From Methanobacteriota archaeon (GTDB lineage Archaea; Thermoplasmatota; Poseidoniia; Poseidoniales; Poseidoniaceae): 33,691 bases of DNA. This document shows, in pieces, positions 10,001 through 17,500 of the stretch (positions are counted from its first letter, which is position 1; the number at the start of each line of letters is the position of its first letter). The notes beneath the pieces are model-generated. The model was not told the origin of the DNA. It saw only the letters and a list, made by a program, of their open reading frames with translations, and made no database searches. The stretch spans positions 17,280 to 50,970 of the forward strand of contig PBHR01000004.1 in the NCBI GenBank assembly GCA_002720275.1, in the 5' to 3' direction. Position numbers and translations under genes: made by a program.

Positions 10001-12722
10001 AAATGTTGCTTAATCCATCTCCATCTGCATCCCATAATGCATCATCGGCCCTTAATGGATCTAATGACCAATTATTTCCGCCTGTATATGTTGTTCCAAC
10101 CCATCTTCTATTTTCAATCTCCCAACCATCAGGCATTCCATCTCCATCAGTATCGTTATTTGTTGCATCTAATGGTGAATCTGAACCACCACTCAACAAA
10201 TATGTATCTGATGCACCATTATTCTCATCACATACATATTGGTGTTCTACAACATAATGACAATCGAATTCAGTTAGCCCATAATAAAACCCAAAAAATT
10301 CCATACCGTCATTAATACCATCACCATCGGTATCTGGATCTCTTGGATCAGTACTAGGATATCCTGAATCGGTAGTGGGCTGATATCTAAATTCATCTAA
10401 ATTATTCCAATCTTGTTCAAAGAATGAATTCTGTTCACCATCTAAATTTAACCCGTCAGCATCAGGATCTAGTAAGGCATCTGTTGGGTCTGTTGGATCC
10501 AATGCGTAAGCATATTCCCAACCATCAGGTATCCCATCGAAATCAGAATCATTATTTCCAGGATCTATTAATGCAATATTTGAAAATCTTCCAGGGTCTA
10601 CAGCACCAAGTAAGTAACTAGTCCCATTTAAATCGACTTCAGCTAGAGAGACTACTCTTCCAGTAATTGATTCTTGTGCACCTTGATTAAATGATGCTAA
10701 AGCTCCTCCAACTAATTTCCAAGACCCTCCTTTTGAACCAACCATCACATAATTGTCTAATGGAAGTATTGAATATACATCATTCATTTCTTCGCTGGTA
10801 GTGTGTTCCAATGAACCACTGTGCGATAATAGATTGCTACTTAGAGTCAATAAATGGATTCCTGAACCTGTGCCAATCCATAAATGGCTTATTTCTGAAC
10901 TTATTGCAGCATCAGGCACAATTGTTCTTACCTCAAATAAATTTAATTCATGTTCATAAGTTAAGTTTCTCAGGTTATTTGTATTATATTGGTCAAAAAC
11001 CCATTCTAAATTTAAAACTCCTTTTGCATCTGAAGTTTCGGATTTAATTAAACCTTTATCAGTTCCTAAAAATAAAGTTGGCTCACCATCAACAGATACG
11101 TGAACTGCTGAAGTGGGATTAGCTGAAACAAAATTTAATTCATTGAATAAACCATCATCCAAAGATTCTTCGGATGATTCTTTTAACTCCCCTGAATTCT
11201 TTATCTCAAAAACATAACCTGAGTCCTGACCGATAGAAATGATTCTTTGATTACTCCCTGTTTCAACTAATTTTGTAACAACTTCCATTGGGCCTATGTC
11301 TAAAAATTCAACTTGCCCATTTAATACTCCTCCTTTGTCGAGGGGCATGCTGTAAATTCCATCAGTGGTTGCCATAACTACAGCACCTCTACCAAATTCA
11401 TTTTGAATTAACACCATATCATTCATTTCAACACCATTTGGTAATAACATATCATCTACAAGCATTTCATCCATATTAAATACTGACAAGCCTACTTTGG
11501 TTCCAACATAAACAAGCGAAGATTCGCTATCTTCAAAAGTTGCTAATCTCCTCACATCATGGCTTGAGATTTGAATATCTGTTGTCTTATCATAAAGTGT
11601 TAATGTGTCTTTTAATGAACCTGCTTCAACAGTTTTTAAACCACCACGAATAGAATCTCCACTATCTTCTGAAACTAAATATTCCTCAAGATTACTGAAT
11701 GCTTCACCTCCACATTCTATTAATCCACCTGCAAAGCAAGTGTTTACAATATCTGTTGTTAAATCTCGAGTCACCTCACCATTATTTGTGAGGTCCCAAC
11801 CATCTGAATCTGTATCCTCAAGATTATCCTTTTTATTGTGTGGATCTAATCCAAAATAAACTTCCCAACCATCTGGAATTTCATCTCCACCAGGGGAATA
11901 TTCAAGACCACCTATCTCGGACCATCTGAAAAAATCACTATCAGGATTTAATGGATCTGTTCCTCTCCATCGAGAAGTATATCTTTCATCTACGTCTCCC
12001 TCTCTATAATCAAACCATAAACCATCTAACTCTGTCATCCATTCTAATGGAATTCCAAAATTATATTCTGCAGAATTATTGTAATATTCATTCGATTCAA
12101 TACTTCCGTCACGATCGATATCAAATCCATCTTCATCATAATCCTCCCCTCCATCTGAACCATTTAATGGGTCGAAAAGTGGACAAGACCACCTTCCTTC
12201 TATCAGGCCTCCCGCATTTGACATACACATTTGTATTTCATATCCATCTGGCATACCATCTCCGTCAGTATCAGAGCGTGTTGGATCTAAGTAAAGACGG
12301 AAGCCTCCTTCAGGATCCAAAGGATCCTCACCAGTCAAACCAGTTCTATTCGTAAAACAATCAACGACTAAATAAGGCCAACAATACTCTTCTACGTTTT
12401 GTAATCCATCATTATCCATATCAAGATTTAATCCAGAGGAACCGTCAGGATCGTAAATTCCATCTGAACCATTAGTATAATCCATACCTTGAATGAATTT
12501 ACTTCTCCCATCAATTGAAATTGCATCCCACGAATTTCCAAACTGTTGTTCCCAAACATCTGGAATGCCATCTCTATCAGTATCTGTAACAGGTGGTGGT
12601 CCTTGGTTGGCATCTTCTGGATGTACATTTTCAACAGACTGTATTGCTGGTAATTGAGACATAGTCAGTAGTGAAAAAATCATTATTGAGGTGACTATCA
12701 AAGTTGTTTGTTTTCGACGCAT
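7014..12722 (-). CDS. Giant secreted acidic protein with thrombospondin type 3-like (DxDxDG) Ca-binding repeats and an internal beta-propeller
   Basis: 1902 aa with an N-terminal signal or anchor (MRRKQTTLIVTSIMIFSLL). About 13 DxDxDG(M/I)PDG(W/Y)E-type motifs alternate with NPL/DP and DxDxDG..N.EE motifs. Propeller-like blades lie at ~10585-11640. Confidence 0.9.
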   Translation of the reverse strand: MRRKQTTLIVTSIMIFSLLTMSQLPAIQSVENVHPEDANQGPPPVTDTDRDGIPDVWEQQFGNSWDAISIDGRSKFIQGMDYTNGSDGIYDPDGSSGLNLDMDNDGLQNVEEYCWPYLVVDCFTNRTGLTGEDPLDPEGGFRLYLDPTRSDTDGDGMPDGYEIQMCMSNAGGLIEGRWSCPLFDPLNGSDGGEDYDEDGFDIDRDGSIESNEYYNNSAEYNFGIPLEWMTELDGLWFDYREGDVDERYTSRWRGTDPLNPDSDFFRWSEIGGLEYSPGGDEIPDGWEVYFGLDPHNKKDNLEDTDSDGWDLTNNGEVTRDLTTDIVNTCFAGGLIECGGEAFSNLEEYLVSEDSGDSIRGGLKTVEAGSLKDTLTLYDKTTDIQISSHDVRRLATFEDSESSLVYVGTKVGLSVFNMDEMLVDDMLLPNGVEMNDMVLIQNEFGRGAVVMATTDGIYSMPLDKGGVLNGQVEFLDIGPMEVVTKLVETGSNQRIISIGQDSGYVFEIKNSGELKESSEESLDDGLFNELNFVSANPTSAVHVSVDGEPTLFLGTDKGLIKSETSDAKGVLNLEWVFDQYNTNNLRNLTYEHELNLFEVRTIVPDAAISSEISHLWIGTGSGIHLLTLSSNLLSHSGSLEHTTSEEMNDVYSILPLDNYVMVGSKGGSWKLVGGALASFNQGAQESITGRVVSLAEVDLNGTSYLLGAVDPGRFSNIALIDPGNNDSDFDGIPDGWEYAYALDPTDPTDALLDPDADGLNLDGEQNSFFEQDWNNLDEFRYQPTTDSGYPSTDPRDPDTDGDGINDGMEFFGFYYGLTEFDCHYVVEHQYVCDENNGASDTYLLSGGSDSPLDATNNDTDGDGMPDGWEIENRRWVGTTYTGGNNWSLDPLRADDALWDADGDGLSNICEFAWGQIYLEALSGNLFETMGESIEAVESEWSTLDPNNVDSDGDTLPDGWEALANNPNDPDGNSCYWTSDVKGINPLNGSDATNNPDGDGFDVNNNGVLEPDEEFNNYLEYHIRDTSFIGQNDSETSSLPFGIVTQLWQNTEDAAEPVFTFGELTSPILFNSQNEQDKGSANPISPDSDGDGMPDGWEIWYARWDVVANDWTLNPLSEEDKFGDPDSDGYSNWEEYNSINPELNEIHLQFSPKYYIKQSNTISGFDTQVWGRITTNLSFGSFIDSNLSESSGMTCDPNNPDTDGDGMLDGLEMLLTDWNSNDGLWTLNPLVAGDGDYDADNDGLTDRQELSLVSGLPDNGVFHPPDAPVFYLDAEEQMPGTEFSRVGNILNNTENRATLVKLDLIDWQIGNPPTLIIETLRSITDPTHNDTDRDEMLDGYEYWFTEWDLEENRWSMNPLISNDIYLDLDDDSYDCDGDGEIAVYEVYSNLREWQARTYGKEAERYNVPLELGFYDYATDAIKALSEEEGLNEEQANERLYELFSGKLHDGFPVTQDRLEKINELNENNFNNSLIGISDPTHPDSDSDGMPDGWEFCYSTYISDPIPVSRDDNIFTVQSRWGLNPLNPLDGDYDIDNDGWYDRSVVDTPAKQGKWNNHIFTISGGQYGLDNIAIPFTNNMEFDNGTYPHLNDTDDDSQSRIREGTEEFTLNYYRDYSLSDGREILKYGTNPLDNDTDWDMLPDWYEYAMAWNESLDNFSSQRYISVEWVDVGAEDSIQKKPLKIDGMNIMRPDLSLAWFTLDPRDPTDALLDPDNDGDWDCSGVVCEYDEYSNFQEFYAITDDTYRSATLVRSLDLQWDGVQITEWWQFRKWLLHLGEADEMETNYLKMYKRDSQDLMYAKIIQDNDDDFFVMDSADDVSICRGDWTDSYGLVSSTTVLPDIGRGQYPFGWWILDIDGDFTAEGTDPTNWDTDGDWMVDWYEVHNDENDGVRGDISAIRYDDRTL

Positions 12723-12728
12723 ATCCAG

Positions 12729-12734
12729 ACCTCC
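12729..12734 (-). promoter_or_regulatory. Shine-Dalgarno GGAGGT
   Basis: Lies 6 nt upstream of the ATG at 12722. Confidence 0.65.
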
Positions 12735-12893
12735 CGTCTACCCGACAAAACTTGACCAACTCAAATACCTTATGAGACTGATGGAGCGATGTTCGTACAA
12801 AACATCTGCAATTTGCCATTTGGGCAATAAAACATACTTTTTCATTTGACATTTACGATTAGTTGAAAGTCTTGTCGCGTTCGGTGTGAAAGG

Positions 12894-13703
12894 ATGTCAG
12901 TATCCATTACGCACCTAGGAACAGGAAGTCGTGGCAATTCCACTCTAATTTCTAGTGAAAATGGCAATGTATTAATCGACAATGGATTTTCTGGCAGACA
13001 ATTAGAAAAAAGGCTAGCAAGTATGGAACTTAAACCAACAGACATTGATTGCATGCTAATTTCTCACCATCACGGTGACCATGGAGGCGGGGTTGAAATA
13101 GCAATGAAAAAATGGGACATTCCAGTAAAATGTAATTATTTTACAGCTGAAAAACTAGGCATCATGAATAAAAAGAATTTAGAGATTTTTGAAAGCCTAG
13201 ACCGAATTGAAGTTTTGTCTGATGTTACATTTTTACCATTTCCAGTACCTCATTCGGGAGCAGAAAATGTAGGTTTTTCAATAGTTACAAAAAATGGAGA
13301 AAAAACATGCGTAGTGACGGATTTAGGTTGTTATACAGATGAAGTGATTAAACACATGCAAGGATGTTCACACATCTCAATTGAAGCAAATTATGACTTA
13401 AGAAGATTGCTTTCAGGGCCATATCCTGATAAATTAAAGAACAGAATAATGGATCGAGGTGGGCACTTATCAAATAAGCAAACAGGTAATTTATTATCAA
13501 AAGTAATAAGCCCTGATACTAAAAGTATAGTGCTCACTCATCTTTCAGAAGCAAATAATAAACCACACCTTGCAGAGAGTACAGTTTTATACCATATTGA
13601 CGACATTTTTACCGGTGACATCGCAATTTCCCTGCAAGACGGGCCTGAGTTCAGTCATTTTTTAGGACAAGAAGACAAAGAAAAGATATCTATAAAAACA
13701 TAA
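12894..13703 (+). CDS. Metallo-beta-lactamase-fold hydrolase, YycJ/WalJ-like (possible nuclease)
   Basis: LGTGSRGN, LIDNG, HHHGDH (HxHxDH, 13065-13082), VPHS, VTDLG, IEANYD, GPYP, GHLSN and LTHLSEANN. Confidence 0.9.
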   Translation: MSVSITHLGTGSRGNSTLISSENGNVLIDNGFSGRQLEKRLASMELKPTDIDCMLISHHHGDHGGGVEIAMKKWDIPVKCNYFTAEKLGIMNKKNLEIFESLDRIEVLSDVTFLPFPVPHSGAENVGFSIVTKNGEKTCVVTDLGCYTDEVIKHMQGCSHISIEANYDLRRLLSGPYPDKLKNRIMDRGGHLSNKQTGNLLSKVISPDTKSIVLTHLSEANNKPHLAESTVLYHIDDIFTGDIAISLQDGPEFSHFLGQEDKEKISIKT

Positions 13704-13724
13704 TGTACAGGAAGATGAAGGATA

Positions 13725-14765
13725 ATGAAGCGTAAATTAGAGAATGATGAGTCAGCACTCAGTGACGTCATTGGTATGGTGATGTTATTAGCAATGATTG
13801 TAATTGTTCTCTCATCTACAATGATAATATTACAACCTTACATTTCAGACTATGACGATAATAAAAATTGGTCTCAAGCAAAAGTAATTGCGGATCAAAT
13901 AGATGAAAGAATACGTTTAGTTGGTTCATCACCTCAAGATACGGGGTCAATACAAACATTTGAGTTAGCTTCAACCTCTATTTCAAATCTAGATAATGCT
14001 GAGTTTTGGACTATTTCTGGTGATGTTTCCGGTTTTGATGTTGTTGAAGTAGCACTATCTTCATTTAACTCTGTAAATGTTAAATCAATGAATAACACTG
14101 CAACTTACGCGACTGTAAACAATGGAGGAAATATAACAACCCACACATTAAATTTTGAAACAGATACGGGGATAGCCAATGTAAATTTTGATAGTTATGT
14201 AGACAAATTATTAATTGTGGAAATTTACAATACAAATGATATTTTAATTCATAAATTCGTAAGATTAGAACTTTCAGGAATTGGTATAGATACTGCATTA
14301 TCAACTGGGAATTTTGACATCGATTTGATGAATGGAGCAAGATTAGAAAAATTATCTGATGAAGCATATAAAGTTACAAGATATCCATCACTACGCCATT
14401 TTTCTATGCCTGATAATTCGCAACAACTTAGTTTTGTACTAGTTAATGTTGATATGAGTTTGCTTTCGGGAACATCCAGCCCATTTAGTTTACAAATGGT
14501 CTCTGATGGACCGCTGACATTATTTGATGGAGACGTAAGAAATATTAGAATGAAAATGACAAATGAAATTGATGAATCAATGACTGATAGATATATGTCT
14601 TATTGGATGGAAGATTATAATCTGAATTTAGCGTCTGGAACATTGGACACATTCGATGGTTTAGGCCCTTGGAAAAGAGTTTCTGGAATTGATGGCATAA
14701 GTATACACCCTCTTGAAAAATCAGTACTTACAGAGATTGTTCTACATCGAGTGGTGATTAAATGA
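13725..14765 (+). CDS. Archaeal type IV pilin-like protein with class III signal peptide (346 aa)
   Basis: MKRKLENDESA|LSDVIGMVMLLAMIVIVLS resembles the archaeal pilin N-terminus D..A|VS.VIG.ILLVAI. A beta-rich extracellular domain with N-x-S/T sequons follows. Confidence 0.8.
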   Translation: MKRKLENDESALSDVIGMVMLLAMIVIVLSSTMIILQPYISDYDDNKNWSQAKVIADQIDERIRLVGSSPQDTGSIQTFELASTSISNLDNAEFWTISGDVSGFDVVEVALSSFNSVNVKSMNNTATYATVNNGGNITTHTLNFETDTGIANVNFDSYVDKLLIVEIYNTNDILIHKFVRLELSGIGIDTALSTGNFDIDLMNGARLEKLSDEAYKVTRYPSLRHFSMPDNSQQLSFVLVNVDMSLLSGTSSPFSLQMVSDGPLTLFDGDVRNIRMKMTNEIDESMTDRYMSYWMEDYNLNLASGTLDTFDGLGPWKRVSGIDGISIHPLEKSVLTEIVLHRVVIK

Positions 14766-17005
14766 ATCGTATGAATACTCTGATTTCAGATCAAAAGGCG
14801 GCTAATTCTGCAATAGCGACTGTTTTAATGTTTGCAGGTGTAATGAGCATAATTAGTATCATGCTTGTTTCAATTGTTCCGGTAATTAATGAATTACAAG
14901 GTGCTATAGAATCTAGTGACGCTGTTTCACAATTTGAAGATTTATCTGAATATGAATCACAATTAGCCCAACGAGGATTACCAGGAAGTTCTTCAGAAAT
15001 GCAAATTGAACCGGTTCTAGGGAAATTAGAATGGGATTTAAAAGATACAGGAATTTGGTTTTCATCATCTTGGAAAGATAATTCTGAACTTAGGTTAAGA
15101 AATGCTGGAAATTTTGACAATCAATTTGACATAAGATATCCCTCTGGAAAATTGAGTTCATATTGCATGGATGATTTACATTTACAATTTGAATCAAAAT
15201 GGAGATATGAAATCCCCCCAGTTTTAGGAAACCTGATAATCGCATCAAAATCACATATTACTTCAAGCATCACATCATCCTCAATAACTTTGATTCAAGG
15301 AGAAAATGAGTTGACTTACTCTCTTGAATTAAACAGCGTATTAGAAATTAATTTGCCTATTGAAAATTCAATAGAGAAAACAACAATAATTAGCGATGTT
15401 GAATTGACAATAATGCTAATGTTGGGTAATGGTGGAGTTACATTCATAAAACCAAATAATCCTAATCACAATGATTTAGGCACAATTTGGAAGATACCTC
15501 TACCTGCAGGTAACAATCAAATTAATTTGATTTCTGAGGATGAAAATTTAATTAATTTGATTATAGATGATGAAGAAATTACTGAAAAAGTAAATAGAAT
15601 AGGAGACGGTTCCATTTGGTCGAAAAGTTTTGAATTTGATGAACCGAAATTAATAACATTAGAATCTTCAAGAAATTCAAAATTACTTTTACAAACAAAT
15701 GTGAATTCAAACTATGGCACTACAAATTGGCAATCCAATAATGGTTTAATGTTGGGAACTGAATTTATAATCCCGCCATTAAGTGGAAGTTTAATCATCT
15801 CAAATAATAAAGAAGATTCAACACAAATAGACATTCAAGGGGCTGGATTTTCTGTCCCTGGAGATGGCATGTACAAATTAGAATGGCCAATTCCTGGAAC
15901 TAACGGTGTTACTAAAGTCTCAAGTCAATCCGACATTAGTATAAAATGGACTCAAGACAATATTGAAAATAACGGTTTTCTTTCTTCTGGAATCTCATAT
16001 CTTGTTCCAAAAGATACGGGGCAACTATCTGGTCAAAAGTTTTCCACAATGTGGACTGGTGATTATACCGAAAATGATGAAGCACACATATATATTACAT
16101 TAGCAGGTTCAAAAGCTTCATTTAATTTTTCAGGCGTATTTAATGCATCTGGAAATTTAGAAAGTACTTCTGGCAATTCATATTATCTAAATCCAGGAGA
16201 TAATGGTAAATTAAATTCAAATGTAACTTCTGGGCAAGCAATAAAAATAATGCAAATTATTGGTGATTCTGGAATTACAGAAATAAGAGATAAAGGTTTT
16301 CAAAGATGCCTTCCCTTGAAAATGATTGCTTCTGGTTGGATAAATATTGAGTTGCCTTGGTATGATGTTAGTGAATTAACATTAGCTGGAATTAGAGATG
16401 CATGGACAAAAGGAGATCATCATTCAGGCATTAGAATACAACTAATTGGAGAATCTGACACATCTGAATATTCAACTCTTGCAGACGCATGGGTTGTACA
16501 AGTTCCCGCACTAAAATATGTATTCACGAGCAGTATTCGAAATCTTGAAGTCGTTGAAAAAGGTGGTTTCGTTACAACTAATCATCCAGAAGGAAACCCG
16601 TCTCTATCATATTCAGCACTGGCAGCCAAAGGGAATGAAAATTTGTTAGGAGTTCACATTCCAGTAATGATGCCAACCACTTCAAGCATAACAAGTGGTT
16701 CCTCAAATGTTAATGTTCAATTAAAAGTCATACAAACCACATTTTGTACTAATGAAAACACAAAAGAAGTAAGAATGGGTTGGAATGGGAAATATGGTAA
16801 TAGTATTACAAATTGGTTATCAGAAGACATAGAATACTCTGATGATTGGATTTCTTACCCAAATCAATTTGATTTGCTTTCCGACTATACTGGGTGGGTT
16901 GATAGGAGTAATGGAGAAGCAGTATACCATAGCCCTAACAAAAATATTGATTTTACATTGACTTTTACTGCAATTTCATTTGATGCAAAGGAGGAAGGTG
17001 GATGA
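14762..17005 (+). CDS. Large type IV pilin-like protein with class III signal peptide (747 aa), possible minor pilin or adhesin
   Basis: SDQKA|ANSAIATVLMFAGVMSIISIMLV is followed by an amphipathic helix and a long beta-rich region. It has an ATGA overlap with the upstream gene. Confidence 0.78.
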   Translation: MNRMNTLISDQKAANSAIATVLMFAGVMSIISIMLVSIVPVINELQGAIESSDAVSQFEDLSEYESQLAQRGLPGSSSEMQIEPVLGKLEWDLKDTGIWFSSSWKDNSELRLRNAGNFDNQFDIRYPSGKLSSYCMDDLHLQFESKWRYEIPPVLGNLIIASKSHITSSITSSSITLIQGENELTYSLELNSVLEINLPIENSIEKTTIISDVELTIMLMLGNGGVTFIKPNNPNHNDLGTIWKIPLPAGNNQINLISEDENLINLIIDDEEITEKVNRIGDGSIWSKSFEFDEPKLITLESSRNSKLLLQTNVNSNYGTTNWQSNNGLMLGTEFIIPPLSGSLIISNNKEDSTQIDIQGAGFSVPGDGMYKLEWPIPGTNGVTKVSSQSDISIKWTQDNIENNGFLSSGISYLVPKDTGQLSGQKFSTMWTGDYTENDEAHIYITLAGSKASFNFSGVFNASGNLESTSGNSYYLNPGDNGKLNSNVTSGQAIKIMQIIGDSGITEIRDKGFQRCLPLKMIASGWINIELPWYDVSELTLAGIRDAWTKGDHHSGIRIQLIGESDTSEYSTLADAWVVQVPALKYVFTSSIRNLEVVEKGGFVTTNHPEGNPSLSYSALAAKGNENLLGVHIPVMMPTTSSITSGSSNVNVQLKVIQTTFCTNENTKEVRMGWNGKYGNSITNWLSEDIEYSDDWISYPNQFDLLSDYTGWVDRSNGEAVYHSPNKNIDFTLTFTAISFDAKEEGG

Positions 17006-17478
17006 GATATAATTCAAATATAAAACGTGATGAATCTGGGGCTGCTACAGAATTAGGATATGTGTTTACATTTTTACTAGGATTGTTATTACTTTCATTA
17101 TATTCTATTTGGGCATGGGATATAGAAAACTCAACCAGAGAAAGATGGTCTGAAGTAGCCCTTACCGAAAATGTAGAACGTGTTGGTTCTGCAATTGAAA
17201 GAGCTGATGCGGTAGCAAGAATCAACCCAAATGCCACTTATTCTGAAAGAATAGAATTACTAAATGTTGAACAATCATCTGTGAATATAATAATGCTATT
17301 AGAAGATGAAAAAATCACAATCACACACCCTACTTTTAAACAACCGTTCGAATTTGAATTAACTTCAGCGGCACCGACTACGCATACAGGAGAGATCAAT
17401 CTAAAAGGCGAGTCTTCAATTTGGGTTCATTTCTCTAATGGTGTTGTTGAAATTTCTAATAAACCCGTTAAGACATGA
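17002..17478 (+). CDS. Small type IV pilin-like protein with class III signal peptide (158 aa)
   Basis: KRDESG|AATELGYVFTFLLGLLLLSL is followed by an amphipathic helix and a short beta domain. It has an ATGA overlap and a purine-rich RBS (GGAAGGTGG). Confidence 0.78.
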   Translation: MRYNSNIKRDESGAATELGYVFTFLLGLLLLSLYSIWAWDIENSTRERWSEVALTENVERVGSAIERADAVARINPNATYSERIELLNVEQSSVNIIMLLEDEKITITHPTFKQPFEFELTSAAPTTHTGEINLKGESSIWVHFSNGVVEISNKPVKT

Positions 17479-17500
17479 CGAATAGTAAAAATAAACTGAA

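Noticed and set aside
8468-12634. Many short His/Leu- or Ser/Pro-rich ORFs within the 1902-aa gene
   Set aside because: These are shadow frames produced by repeated GAT/GGA/GAT codons on the coding strand.
7014-12722. Recurring CCATC/TCCATC-rich DNA repeats as a CRISPR array or tandem repeat
   Set aside because: They are degenerate, irregularly spaced and in frame, and they encode the DxDGDG motifs. No cas genes are present.
12711-12722. MRRK as a Tat signal
   Set aside because: The S/T-RR-x-F-L context is absent, so this is more likely a basic Sec n-region.
12631-13054. Short minus-strand ORFs (73 aa and 70 aa) around the divergent intergenic region
   Set aside because: They overlap well-supported genes and have no recognisable motif. 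The 171-bp gap is better explained as divergent promoters and UTRs. I could not identify a structured RNA there.
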